Below, piece by piece: positions 38,116 through 52,308 of a stretch of 64,000 nt of DNA (position 1 is the stretch's first letter; each line of letters begins with the position of its first letter). The position numbers were made by a program, and so were the translations under genes. The notes below the pieces were generated by a model, which was given only the letters and a program-made list of their open reading frames with translations, searched no databases and had not been told where the DNA came from. Origin of the DNA: Alphaproteobacteria bacterium (GTDB lineage: Bacteria > Pseudomonadota > Alphaproteobacteria > UBA7985); NCBI GenBank assembly GCA_965658725.1, contig CBFHUI010000001.1:16567-80566 (forward strand). The letters run 5' to 3'.

Positions 38116-38880
38116 CTAGAAAACCAAGCCACGACCGTGGCGTTGGATCTCCTCCATTTCCGCGCTTACCGTGTCATCTTCAAGGCGAACGACGATACCG
38201 GGTGAGAGCGTGATGCCGGCCTTTGCTTCGCGCCGCCCCTGCACCACGACACGGTTGGCATCGCGCCCGCGTTTGGGCCAGACCGGGCAGACCCGGATCG
38301 CGCCAATGCGCGGGGATAGCAGGCCCAAAATCTCATGCAAGCGGTCGGCCCGATGGATCACCGTAATATAGCCCCGCTCCCGCACCCAATAGAGCATCGC
38401 GTCGATCCATTCTGCCAAATCGACTTCGGACTCGCGCTTGGACTTGTCGGCATGCGCCAGACCGCTGACCCGACCCTTATCTTCGGGAATATAAGGCGGG
38501 TTGCTGATCACGTGGTCAAAGCTGCGCGCGGCGAGAACCCCGCCCTTGGCACGGACATCACCCCGCACGAACTCCACGCGGTCGGAAAGACCATTTCGAC
38601 AGGCATTCTCCTCTGCGAGCGCATGGATCGCGGGCTGTACCTCCAGCCCGCACACACGGACATCGCTCACACGCCGCGCCAAACACAGGCCCGCTGTCCC
38701 GACCCCACAGCCAACGTCAAGAATTGTTTGCCCGGCCACCGCCGGTATTGCCGCGCCCAGCAAAACCGCATCCATACCGGCGCGATACCCGGCCTTTGGC
38801 TGCAATACAGTAAGAGCACCGCCGAGGAAACTGTCCTCGGTGATCTCGAAATCTGCGGTTGTTGGCCGGGTCAAATCCAT
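38116..38880 (-). CDS. tRNA1(Val) (adenine37-N6)-methyltransferase-like SAM methyltransferase (TrmN6/YfiC family)
   Basis: SAM-binding motif ILDVGCGVGTAG and the N6-adenine MTase motif NPPY. Confidence 0.65.
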   Translation of the reverse strand: MDLTRPTTADFEITEDSFLGGALTVLQPKAGYRAGMDAVLLGAAIPAVAGQTILDVGCGVGTAGLCLARRVSDVRVCGLEVQPAIHALAEENACRNGLSDRVEFVRGDVRAKGGVLAARSFDHVISNPPYIPEDKGRVSGLAHADKSKRESEVDLAEWIDAMLYWVRERGYITVIHRADRLHEILGLLSPRIGAIRVCPVWPKRGRDANRVVVQGRREAKAGITLSPGIVVRLEDDTVSAEMEEIQRHGRGLVF

Positions 38881-38971
38881 TGCTTTTCAGGGGCTTCGGT
38901 CGATGAACCCTGGAAAGCTAGCCCATTACGCTTCGAAATCGCGACTCAAAATGTTGTATTTCGGAGAAAAT

Positions 38972-39397
38972 TTAGACGTTTTTCCCAAAAACACCGGAAT
39001 GGTCGATAAGACTATCACAAAGCGAATCGTCAGCGCGCACCTTGAGATGATTGTTGCCCAGTGCACGATCTACCAAAACGATAAAGGCATTCCAGCGAGT
39101 CTGCTCCATCTGATCTTCGTTGAGCTTGCCCAGCCCCAGCTTCACAGCCCGCTGCAAGGTCTTCTCGGTTTTGCGAAGAATGGCCTTCCGGTGGCTCGAC
39201 TTGATGTCGCACTGGTCAACCATCTCGGTCTTGATCAGGGTTCGCCAGACATCAAAGGAAATCGTCTGGCCCATCACTGTATGCGCAACAGTCCAAACCG
39301 GCTCGTCCGAAGGCGCTTCGGGGAACAGCCGCTGCTGCTCCTGACCAGCATTGGGGTCGAGGGCGGGGTCTGGGGTCAAATCTTCAGTCATGGACAC
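38972..39397 (-). CDS. hypothetical protein, compositionally atypical (low GC in 3' half)
   Basis: 141-aa ORF with no recognisable motifs. The first 100 nt at its 3' end are about 39% GC, against roughly 60-65% elsewhere. AT-rich flank at 38881-38971. Confidence 0.45.
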   Translation of the reverse strand: MSMTEDLTPDPALDPNAGQEQQRLFPEAPSDEPVWTVAHTVMGQTISFDVWRTLIKTEMVDQCDIKSSHRKAILRKTEKTLQRAVKLGLGKLNEDQMEQTRWNAFIVLVDRALGNNHLKVRADDSLCDSLIDHSGVFGKNV

Positions 39398-39441
39398 TCT
39401 GCTTTCAAAAGGCTCAGCACCTGAGCACGGTGCCCACAGCT

Positions 39442-39900
39442 TTAATGGCTAAAGCCGCGCTTTTCAAAGTATCGCTGATGGTAGTCTTCTGCAGGGTAGA
39501 ATTCTGAGGCGGGTGTGACTTCTGTGGCAACCTTTCCCCGGCGCACGGCAACAGCCTCGCAGGCTGCTTGCGCTGCGTCGCGCTGCGCTTCGTCCTTATA
39601 GAAAACACCGGAGCGATACTGCGTACCGATGTCCGGGCCCTGGCGGTTGACTTGAGTTGGGTCGTGCATGTCGAAGAAAGCGTTGAGCAACGTGCCAAAG
39701 TCGGTCTTGTCATCGTCAAAGACGACCCGCACTGCCTCCGCATGGCCAGTCGCGCCGGTGCAGACTTGGCCGTATGTCGGGTTGACCGTGGTACCCCCGG
39801 TATAGCCGCTGATCGCGTCCTTAACGCCCGGCATTTTGCGGAAAGTATCTTCGATGCTCCAGAAGCATCCAGCGGCGAAAATCGCTTCTTTTTCAGCCAT
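39442..39900 (-). CDS. msrA: peptide-methionine (S)-S-oxide reductase
   Basis: MAEKEAIFAAGCFWSIE active-site motif. 152 aa. Confidence 0.9.
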   Translation of the reverse strand: MAEKEAIFAAGCFWSIEDTFRKMPGVKDAISGYTGGTTVNPTYGQVCTGATGHAEAVRVVFDDDKTDFGTLLNAFFDMHDPTQVNRQGPDIGTQYRSGVFYKDEAQRDAAQAACEAVAVRRGKVATEVTPASEFYPAEDYHQRYFEKRGFSH

Positions 39901-39987
39901 GGTGTTGGGTTCCTTGTTTGCGAGGATCAGAACCCAGAAGTAAGCGCCCGCCGCGCGCTCGACAAGCGCGCGCGGTGGGACAAATGG

Positions 39988-40458
39988 CTACATGCGGTCT
40001 ACGTGAGCGTTCGAGACAAATTCAGTCTCGTAACTGCCAACAGCAGGGTGGCTGCCCAGTTGGGTTTTCAGCAGGTCGGAGATTGAGCCAATCGATTGGC
40101 CCAGCACCTTCATCCGAAGCTTGGGCTGACCCGCGATTTCGGCGATTTCGAGCACTTGATGATTGGAAGAAAGACGAGTGATCAGGTCGCCCAGATCGGC
40201 CTTATCGCTGCCTTTGACCATGATCGTTGCATAGGCCGTCTGGCGATAGCCGAGCACCCCACGATCAACCCGCGCGTGATAGCCCAGAACCACGCCGGTC
40301 CGCTCCAGCTTGCGCACCCGTTCGTAACAAGGCGTCGGGGAGAGGTTCACGCGCTTGGCAAGCTCCACGTTGGAAATGCGCGCATTCTCCTGCAATTCAG
40401 CGACAATCAGACGATCCGTCTCGTCAAGTCCATCTTCTCTGCGGCGTGCTTGTACCAT
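39988..40458 (-). CDS. lrp: Lrp/AsnC-family transcriptional regulator
   Basis: N-terminal HTH (DRLIVAELQENARISNVELAKRVNLSPTPCYERVRKLE) plus a C-terminal RAM domain. ATG start at 40458 (MVQARR). Confidence 0.8.
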   Translation of the reverse strand: MVQARRREDGLDETDRLIVAELQENARISNVELAKRVNLSPTPCYERVRKLERTGVVLGYHARVDRGVLGYRQTAYATIMVKGSDKADLGDLITRLSSNHQVLEIAEIAGQPKLRMKVLGQSIGSISDLLKTQLGSHPAVGSYETEFVSNAHVDRM

Positions 40459-40714
40459 AGTGGCCTTCCCTGCTCCGTCTATCGCATCTGTAACACCGCA
40501 GGTAAGGGCATTCAATTACGATAGTTATGATTCAGTTACCATTTACATCTAATTCTTTAGAGAAGTGAATACCATGCGAACAGATGCCTGTCACCAACGC
40601 GTGTGAGCAAACGTCGTGGAGAAATGCAGGGGGGCGGCGTAAACTCTTTCTCAGACCGGGTGCGCTCAAGCCGCGCTCGCCAACGCAATCGCCGAAGAAA
40701 GAGGGGTCGAGACT

Positions 40715-41641
40715 ATGCTGCAGCGTCGCCTGCTCTGGTCATTGCTTGGATACTTCAGCCTGCTGGTTGTGATATTCACGGCGATTATGCTGATTCCAGG
40801 GCTTGGATTGGCAATGTCTTCGTCCAGCGTGGGTCTTGGCGCGATGCTGCGTCAGCTGGTGGCACCCCTTCCGTCGCTGTGGATGACCCTTCTGCCGACG
40901 GTGTTCATGCTGACAGTGCTGGTGACTTTCTCGCGCCTAAGCTTGTCTGGCGAGGTGCGAATTTGGCGGGCGGCAGGGACATCTGTCTGGCCGTTTGCAC
41001 GCGCAACCGCGCTGCTCGGCTTGATCTTTGGCGCTACCATCACCGGCCCGTTTTGGCAGATCGCTCAACCAAAAGATGTTCTCCACCTGCCTTCTGAGGG
41101 AGGAATATACATTAGCGATGGCCCTGAAGCATGGTTGTCCGCACCGTCGGCTGCGCCGGCAGCAGGGCAGAGGATTCATCTATTCAACAAGGCAGGTGAC
41201 GTCATCGAAGCGATCGTCCTTGCGCCCATTGAGGGCGATGCGCTTCGGCTGGGTCAAGGATGGCAAAGCGATGGAAGCGCCGTAACTCCTTTTGACACCC
41301 TGAGCCTGACAGTGGAACTGGCCTCACCAGTGGAATCCACCACGGCGTCGATAATTAATCTCCAGGGGCTTGCCGTCCGGCTGTCCTATCCTGTCCTACT
41401 AGCTGCCGTGGGTCTGCTCATGCTGCCGTTGGCGCTCAGCATTGATGGTCAGCGATTCACCGTTCTGAAGATCACCGCAGCCTGTTTGCTGGCGCTCAAC
41501 GCGCTTTTCCTGCTGCTGATGACCGACGCACTGGCCGAGGCAGGGCTGTGGGATGGACGGTTGTTCTTTCCCTTGCGTGCAGGGCTGGTGCTCGCATTGG
41601 CCGGGCTGCTTCTGCTGCTGACAGAGGAGCGCGCCGCTTGA
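40715..41641 (+). CDS. LptF/LptG (YjgP/YjgQ) family permease, short and solitary
   Basis: Characteristic LptF/G N-terminal region (LLPTVFMLTVLVTFSRLSLSGEVRIWRAAGTS), a periplasmic domain of about 120 aa and three C-terminal TM helices. RBS GAGGGG upstream. Confidence 0.55.
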   Translation: MLQRRLLWSLLGYFSLLVVIFTAIMLIPGLGLAMSSSSVGLGAMLRQLVAPLPSLWMTLLPTVFMLTVLVTFSRLSLSGEVRIWRAAGTSVWPFARATALLGLIFGATITGPFWQIAQPKDVLHLPSEGGIYISDGPEAWLSAPSAAPAAGQRIHLFNKAGDVIEAIVLAPIEGDALRLGQGWQSDGSAVTPFDTLSLTVELASPVESTTASIINLQGLAVRLSYPVLLAAVGLLMLPLALSIDGQRFTVLKITAACLLALNALFLLLMTDALAEAGLWDGRLFFPLRAGLVLALAGLLLLLTEERAA

Positions 41642-41715
41642 GAAGCGCAGCCTAAAGCTCTCTCCTTTTCGCGGCAGTCTCTGTGCTGCTGAACGGGCCC
41701 TGCTGCCGCCCACTC

Positions 41716-41756
41716 AACAAAAAAGCCTCCCCAGACGTCCGGGGAAGCTTTTTTTC
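41716..41756. terminator. bidirectional rho-independent terminator between the LptF/G-like gene and rpoC
   Basis: AAAAAGCCTCCCCAGACGTCCGGGGAAGCTTTTTTT: a stem of about 11 bp flanked by an A-tract and a T-tract, readable from both strands. Confidence 0.65.
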
Positions 41757-41785
41757 ATGAGGCTGTTGAAAGCCCAGAAGCTGGC

Positions 41786-46153
<4,368 letters not shown>

Positions 46154-46194
46154 TCAAGTGCGCTCCCCATCCCGCTAGGCGACGAGGTCGCGGC

Positions 46195-49100
46195 TTATTC
46201 GAACGGATTGATCTCTTCATCCGGGCGCTGGCTTGGCGCTCGTGCGCCTTCGCCGAAGACAGACTGAAGCGTCGGCTCTTCCCCGCCTGCACCGTTTTCG
46301 ATCACGTTGCTCTGGCGCAAGTCTACGTTCAGACACAGCGCACGGAGTTCCTTGATCAGAACGTTGAAGGATTCAGGGATACCGGCTTCAAAGTTGTCGT
46401 CGCCGCGGACGATGGATTCGTACACCTTGGTACGACCCGCCACGTCATCCGACTTCACCGTCAGCATTTCCTGCAGCGTGTAAGCGGCACCGTAGGCCTG
46501 GAGCGCCCAAACCTCCATCTCACCGAAACGCTGACCGCCGAACTGGGCCTTACCGCCCAGTGGCTGCTGCGTTACCAGCGAGTAGGGGCCGATCGAACGC
46601 GCGTGGATCTTGTCGTCCACCAGGTGATGCAGCTTGAGCAGGTACTTGTAGCCCACGGTCACAGGGCGGTCGAAAGGATCGCCGGTCCGGCCGTCGTAGA
46701 GCTGCACCTGACCCGAGCCATCAAGACCCGCGTACTCCAGCATCTTCACGATGTCGGTTTCTTTAGCACCATCGAACACTGGCGTTGCGAACGGCACACC
46801 CGAGGTCACGTTACCCGCGATTTCGAGCTTGTCGCTCTCTTCGAGGCCTTCGAGCTCCTCCGGGTCGTAGACATCCGACAGGCGCTGGTTGATTTCAGCC
46901 ATCGCCCCTTCGCGGCCCATCTTGTAAGCCCGCAGCGCATCGCCAATTTGGCGACCAATGCCCCGCGCGGCCCAGCCGAGGTGGGTTTCGAGGATCTGAC
47001 CAATGTTCATCCGCGATGGAACGCCCAGCGGGTTCAGAACGATGTCAACCGGCGTACCGTCTTCAAGGAACGGCATGTCTTCGGACGGATTGATCTTGGA
47101 GATCACACCCTTGTTGCCGTGACGCCCGGCCATCTTGTCGCCCGGCTGCAGCTTACGCTTCACCGCGACGTAGACCTTGACCATCTTCAGCACGCCCGGT
47201 GGCAGTTCGTCACCGCGCTGGATCTTCTCGACTTTGTCTTCGAACCAACGCTGGATCACGTCCACCTGGTCGTCGAACTCCTGACGCAGGTTCTCCAGAA
47301 CCTTCATCGCCTCGTCGTTCTCAACGGCAATCTGCCGCCACTGACCCGGCGTGAATTGGCCCAAGATGCCTTCGTCGATCGCTGCACCCTTCTGGATGCC
47401 TTCCGGACCGTCCTGCACGACCTGCCCCATGAGCACGTCTTTCAGGCGGGAGTAGAAGGACCGCTCGATGATCGCGCGCTCGTCGTCGCGGTCTTTGGCG
47501 AGGGTTTCGATTTCCTGACGCTCAATCGCCAACGCACGCTCATCCTTGTCCACGCCACGGCGGGAGAAGACGCGAACGTCAACGATGGTACCAACAGCAC
47601 CCGGAGGCAGGCGCAGCGAGCTGTCGCGCACGTCAGAGGCTTTCTCACCGAAGATCGCCCGCAGGAGCTTTTCTTCAGGCGTCATCGGGCTCTCACCCTT
47701 TGGCGTCACTTTACCAATCAGAATGTCGCCCGGCTGCACTTCCGCACCGACGTACACAATGCCAGCCTCATCGAGGTTGCGCAGCGCGTCTTCGCCGACG
47801 TTTGGAATGTCGCGAGTGATTTCTTCAGGGCCGAGTTTGGTATCACGCGCCATGACTTCGTATTCATCGATGTGGATCGAAGTGAAAACGTCGTCGCGCA
47901 CGATGCGCTCGTTGATGAGGATGGAGTCCTCGAAGTTGTAACCCTGCCACGGCATGAAGGCCACGAGCACGTTCCGGCCCAGCGCCAGTTCGCCAAGGTG
48001 CGTGGACGGACCATCAGCGATGATGTCGCCCTTCTCCACCCGATCGCCGACCTTTACCAGCGGACGCTGGATGATACAGGTAGACTGGTTGGAGCGCTGG
48101 AACTTGGACAGGCGGTAGATTTCAACGCCAGTCTCAGTGTCGGTCGCGAAGTCCATTTCCCGGATCACGATACGGCCCGCGTCCACCTGATCAATCACAC
48201 CCGAGCGGCGTGCGATCACGGTTGCGCCGGAATCCCGGGCAACGGTGGCTTCCATGCCGGTTCCCACGAAGGGAGCCTCTGCACGGATAAGCGGAACCGC
48301 CTGACGCATCATGTTCGAGCCCATCAGAGCACGGTTTGCATCGTCGTTCTGCAGGAATGGCACCAGCGATGCTGCCACGGAGACCAGCTGCTTTGGCGAG
48401 ACGTCGATCAGATCAACGTCAGTCGGCAGGGCCACCACGAATTCACCGTTCGACCGTGCAGTCACAAGGTCTTCGGTCAGGAAATTCTTCGCATCGATCG
48501 GCGCGTTGGCTTGAGCGACGGTATAGCGCTGCTCTTCCATCGCAGAGAGGTAGACCACTTCGTCGGTGACCTGACCCTTGGACACTTTGCGGTAAGGAGA
48601 CTCAATGAAACCGTACTGGTTCACCCGGGCGTAAGTCGCCAGCGAGTTGATGAGACCAATGTTCGGGCCTTCCGGGGTTTCGATCGGGCAGATCCGGCCG
48701 TAGTGCGTCGGGTGCACGTCGCGGACTTCAAAGCCCGCACGCTCCCGCGTCAGACCGCCTGGCCCAAGCGCCGACAAACGACGCTTGTGCGTAATCTCTG
48801 AAAGCGGGTTGGTCTGGTCCATGAACTGCGAGAGCTGGGACGAGCCAAAGAACTCACGCACCGCAGCCGCAGCGGGCTTGGCGTTAATCACGTCCTGCGG
48901 CATCACCGTGTCGATATCGACCGAGGACATACGCTCCTTGATCGCGCGCTCCATGCGGAGCAAGCCGACGCGGTACTGGTTTTCCATCAGCTCACCGACA
49001 GAACGCACGCGGCGGTTGCCGAGGTTGTCGATGTCGTCGATATCGCCGCGGCCGTCTTTCATTTCAGACAGGTTGCGAACGATTTCGAGGACGTCTTCCT

Positions 49101-50481
49101 TGCGCAGCACGCGCAGGGTGTCTTCCGTATCGAACAGCTCACGGTCAGCATCGCGAGCGGTCGCGGCCAGACGCATGTTCATTTTCACCCGGCCAACAGC
49201 CGACAGGTCAAAACGCTCTTCATCGAAGAACAGGCCAGAGAACAGCGCTTCAGCGGTTTCCAGCGTTGGCGGCTCGCCCGGGCGCATGACACGGTAGATG
49301 TCGATCAGTGCTTCTTCGCGGGTCGCATTCTTGTCAACGGCCAGCGTATTCCGAATGTAAGCACCGCGGTTGAGGTGATCGATGTCGAGGGTGTCGAGCG
49401 TGGTAACGCCTTTTTCCAGCAGCTCTTCGAGCAGTGCTTCCGACAACTCGTCGCCCGCCTCAGCCCAGACCAGACCGGTCTTTTTGTCAAAGGCATCGGA
49501 CGCGAGGTAGCGGCCAATCACGTCTTCGCGGCTGACGAGCAGCTGCGTGACGGTCTCGGCCAGCTTCTTGGCTTTGCGTGGGGTGATCTTATCGCCCGCC
49601 TTCGCAACGACTTCACCGTCTGCGGCGTTGACCAGATCGTCCACCAGCTTCTTGCCGGAGTATTGCGTTGCGTCAAAGGCTGTGCGGAACTGACCGTCGC
49701 CCGCAACCTCAAAGGAAATGCGGTCGTAGATCAGGCCGAGGATTTCTTCGCGGCTCATGCCAGTCGCTTGGAACGGCGCCAGCGACTTGCCTTCTGCCGC
49801 CGCTTCCGCACGCTCACCGGCGGTGTGCTTGGAATCCAGCGCCATCAGCAAGGTCGTGGCCGGCAGCTTCCGTCGGCGGTCGATGCGGACGTACAGCAGG
49901 TCTTTCGCATCGAATTCGAAGTCCAGCCAGGAACCGCGGTACGGGATCACCCGTGCGGAGAACAGCAGCTTACCCGAGGAATGCGACTTGCCTCGGTCGT
50001 GGTCAAAGAACACGCCGGGGGAGCGGTGCATCTGGGAAACGATCACGCGCTCCGTGCCGTTCACGATAAAGGTACCGTGGTCGGTCATCAGCGGCATGTC
50101 GCCCATGTAGACGTCTTGCTCCTTGATGTCGCGGACCGAACGAGAGCCGGTGTCTTCGTCAACGTCCCAGACCACCAGCCGCAGCGTCACTTTCAGCGGC
50201 GCGGCAAAGGTCAGGCCGCGCGACATGCACTCGTCCTCGTCGTACTTCGGCGACTCAAGTTCGTAGCGGACGAACTGCAGCTCGGAACGATCGGAGAAGT
50301 CTTTGATCGGGAAAACCGACTTGAACACTTCTTCCAGACCGGAAGTACCGGCGTCAGGCTTCTGCAGGAAACCGTCGTAAGAAGCGCGCTGCACTTCAAT
50401 CAGGTTCGGCATCTGGACCGCTTCGCGGATACGGCCAAAGGACTTCCGGATGCGTTTCCGCTCGGTAAACGACTTACCCAT
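46195..50481 (-). CDS. rpoB: DNA-directed RNA polymerase subunit beta
   Basis: N-terminus [18 protein letters not shown]...[10 protein letters not shown] plus conserved beta regions. 1428 aa. Confidence 0.95.
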   Translation of the reverse strand: MGKSFTERKRIRKSFGRIREAVQMPNLIEVQRASYDGFLQKPDAGTSGLEEVFKSVFPIKDFSDRSELQFVRYELESPKYDEDECMSRGLTFAAPLKVTLRLVVWDVDEDTGSRSVRDIKEQDVYMGDMPLMTDHGTFIVNGTERVIVSQMHRSPGVFFDHDRGKSHSSGKLLFSARVIPYRGSWLDFEFDAKDLLYVRIDRRRKLPATTLLMALDSKHTAGERAEAAAEGKSLAPFQATGMSREEILGLIYDRISFEVAGDGQFRTAFDATQYSGKKLVDDLVNAADGEVVAKAGDKITPRKAKKLAETVTQLLVSREDVIGRYLASDAFDKKTGLVWAEAGDELSEALLEELLEKGVTTLDTLDIDHLNRGAYIRNTLAVDKNATREEALIDIYRVMRPGEPPTLETAEALFSGLFFDEERFDLSAVGRVKMNMRLAATARDADRELFDTEDTLRVLRKEDVLEIVRNLSEMKDGRGDIDDIDNLGNRRVRSVGELMENQYRVGLLRMERAIKERMSSVDIDTVMPQDVINAKPAAAAVREFFGSSQLSQFMDQTNPLSEITHKRRLSALGPGGLTRERAGFEVRDVHPTHYGRICPIETPEGPNIGLINSLATYARVNQYGFIESPYRKVSKGQVTDEVVYLSAMEEQRYTVAQANAPIDAKNFLTEDLVTARSNGEFVVALPTDVDLIDVSPKQLVSVAASLVPFLQNDDANRALMGSNMMRQAVPLIRAEAPFVGTGMEATVARDSGATVIARRSGVIDQVDAGRIVIREMDFATDTETGVEIYRLSKFQRSNQSTCIIQRPLVKVGDRVEKGDIIADGPSTHLGELALGRNVLVAFMPWQGYNFEDSILINERIVRDDVFTSIHIDEYEVMARDTKLGPEEITRDIPNVGEDALRNLDEAGIVYVGAEVQPGDILIGKVTPKGESPMTPEEKLLRAIFGEKASDVRDSSLRLPPGAVGTIVDVRVFSRRGVDKDERALAIERQEIETLAKDRDDERAIIERSFYSRLKDVLMGQVVQDGPEGIQKGAAIDEGILGQFTPGQWRQIAVENDEAMKVLENLRQEFDDQVDVIQRWFEDKVEKIQRGDELPPGVLKMVKVYVAVKRKLQPGDKMAGRHGNKGVISKINPSEDMPFLEDGTPVDIVLNPLGVPSRMNIGQILETHLGWAARGIGRQIGDALRAYKMGREGAMAEINQRLSDVYDPEELEGLEESDKLEIAGNVTSGVPFATPVFDGAKETDIVKMLEYAGLDGSGQVQLYDGRTGDPFDRPVTVGYKYLLKLHHLVDDKIHARSIGPYSLVTQQPLGGKAQFGGQRFGEMEVWALQAYGAAYTLQEMLTVKSDDVAGRTKVYESIVRGDDNFEAGIPESFNVLIKELRALCLNVDLRQSNVIENGAGGEEPTLQSVFGEGARAPSQRPDEEINPFE

Positions 50482-50839
50482 GGATATAGGGCCCCCTTTT
50501 TTGGGTCATTTCTGCCAGCACGTCTTCACTCACAACAACGTGGATGGTCGGGGGCTGTCCCTGCGTTAAAGGGTACAAAAGCCGCTTGAGTTCGGGGTCT
50601 AAAGACCGTGAACTGCCTGTTCGGAGCCGAAGCGTCCGGTTTTTTGTATTGAGTGTGTGCTGACAACCATCACTGTCAGCGTGCAGAAATACGCCGGTGG
50701 GACCAATTTCGCAAGACTTCGAGGCTTTGCGAATTGTCAAGGCAGCCGTGTGTCAGAGCGCTCTGTTCCGGGGGTCAAGTGTGATTTTTTCGCCGCCGAG
50801 GTGTACCCCTCGCCCCAATCGCCCCATCCTTTTGCACCC

Positions 50840-51205
50840 CTAACGCACGTCCGCGCCGCGCTCGACAGAGTCGGCGACCATGGCGAGCAGGCTTTCGCGG
50901 TATGTCTCTATCAGCTCGACGGAAGAGCATTTGACGTGCCGCAAGTCCTTTCCCGTTCCTTCCAGCAGCCCCTTTGGATTGCTCAAGTGTGCACCGTTAA
51001 AGAACTGAAGATTAACCCGCGCCTTAAGCGGAATCAGCGCGATCAGGTTCTCCGTCCCACGGTGAAACATCAGCTGCCCCCACTTGATGCTTTCGTCCAG
51101 AGCCGGCGCGCCGACCCCCTCCTTCACCAGCTCATAGAGGGCGTCGTAAAGGGGTTGGTGCTCATCTGGGACTTTGGCACGAGCAGCGGTGTAGGCGTGA
51201 GACAT
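50840..51205 (-). CDS. DUF1801 (YdhG-like) domain protein
   Basis: 121-aa protein matching the YdhG/DUF1801 pattern (IKWGQLMF..., LIALIPLKARVNLQFFNG). Confidence 0.5.
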   Translation of the reverse strand: MSHAYTAARAKVPDEHQPLYDALYELVKEGVGAPALDESIKWGQLMFHRGTENLIALIPLKARVNLQFFNGAHLSNPKGLLEGTGKDLRHVKCSSVELIETYRESLLAMVADSVERGADVR

Positions 51206-51213
51206 GGACGTGC

Positions 51214-52308
51214 TTACTTTCGTAACAGCGGGAACAGTGGCGGCGGCGGTTTGCGATGCCCGTGCTTGCCCTTGGGCGGATGCTTGTGGGGGCGATCCTT
51301 GCCCAGCCCTTTGCGGCCTGGTCCCCGGAACGGCCCGCGTGGACTGTTCGACGGCAATACGCGGCCTGAAATCTGGAACAAACCGCCGCGCCGCTCGAAC
51401 CGACCATGGAGCCGCGCGCGCAAACCTCGCTCGCCCGGTTCCGCCTGTCCGATTATGCCCGGCACCGACACCGCATGACCGTCGATGATGAGCACGCCAT
51501 CTTCACCGCCGGGCAACCCAGCAAGCACCAGATCATTCACTCTCGCAGGCTCAAAAACGCTCAGCGGTCGGGTGATGATGTCGCGTGCCTGAATCACAGA
51601 CGCACCGTCGGTTGCGATCAACAGCGGCCCCTGCACCGTCGCGCGCGTTCCGGTCTGCAGAACCTGATCACCGGTCAGCGCCACCCGAACCCCCGCCACC
51701 CGACCGTCCGAGGTAACAGGGCCAGTGACGACCGCGTCCCGTCCGTCAGTCGGCTCAACATGGGCGGCCTGGATCGTGCCGCGATGATCACGCAGCCCGG
51801 TCACCACGACCCATGCACGCGGCAGCAGTCCACTCGCATCGGTGAGTTCTGAAAGTTCAACCTGCTGGCCCAGAACGCGCAAAAGGGTGCGGCTACGCCC
51901 GGTTTCGACGGCCTCGACTGGACCAACAAGCGCGAAAGTCGCGTCGATCCGCGTGGCCTGTAGCGCCCCGTCGGCGTCGGTTACAGCCTCAACGGCAACC
52001 GTCTGCCCAAGAGCGAGATCGGATTCCTGAGCCGGTCGGCCATTCAGGGTAATGACAGCAGTCTCAGGAATTTCAACGCGCATGTCGTTGACCCAGATCG
52101 AGGAAAACCCTTCGATCAGGCCAAAGATCCCCGTGCCACCAATGCCGGCATCGATGCCGGTTCCCCCGATGCCCGCGTCAATGGTCGCATCGATGCCAGT
52201 GCCGCCGATGCCAGCCCCCGCCTGCCCCCACCCAGCTCGGGCGAGTGTCAATGAGGAGCCAGCCAACAGGGTCAGTGCACTGCGTCGCGTCAGGCGATCC
52301 CGCCTCAT
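51214..52308 (-). CDS. Tat-secreted repeat protein of unknown function (GIGGTGIDA nonapeptide repeats, three beta-rich modules, His/Lys/Pro-rich tail)
   Basis: Twin-arginine signal RRDRLTRRSALTLLAGSSLTLARA with AxA cleavage site. Three direct repeats of GIGGTGIDA. C-terminal KGLGKDRPHKHPPKGKHGHRKPPPP tail. 4-bp overlap with the upstream gene. Confidence 0.55.
   Translation of the reverse strand: MRRDRLTRRSALTLLAGSSLTLARAGWGQAGAGIGGTGIDATIDAGIGGTGIDAGIGGTGIFGLIEGFSSIWVNDMRVEIPETAVITLNGRPAQESDLALGQTVAVEAVTDADGALQATRIDATFALVGPVEAVETGRSRTLLRVLGQQVELSELTDASGLLPRAWVVVTGLRDHRGTIQAAHVEPTDGRDAVVTGPVTSDGRVAGVRVALTGDQVLQTGTRATVQGPLLIATDGASVIQARDIITRPLSVFEPARVNDLVLAGLPGGEDGVLIIDGHAVSVPGIIGQAEPGERGLRARLHGRFERRGGLFQISGRVLPSNSPRGPFRGPGRKGLGKDRPHKHPPKGKHGHRKPPPPLFPLLRK
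52123..52230 (-). repeat. in-frame nonapeptide repeat region (GIGGTGIDA x3) within the secreted protein gene
   Basis: DNA shows repeated GATGCCGGT/GATGCCAGT units encoding GIGGTGIDA-TIDA-GIGGTGIDA-GIGGTGIFG. Confidence 0.5.

Noticed and set aside
46603-50589. 732-aa and 404-aa plus-strand ORFs antisense to rpoB
   Set aside because: Antisense artefacts within rpoB; no motifs.
50621-50648. Hairpin plus T-tract (CGGAGCCGAAGCGTCCGGTTTTTT) in the rpoB leader
   Set aside because: The stem is only about 4 bp and the T-tract is on the non-transcribed orientation relative to the neighbouring genes.
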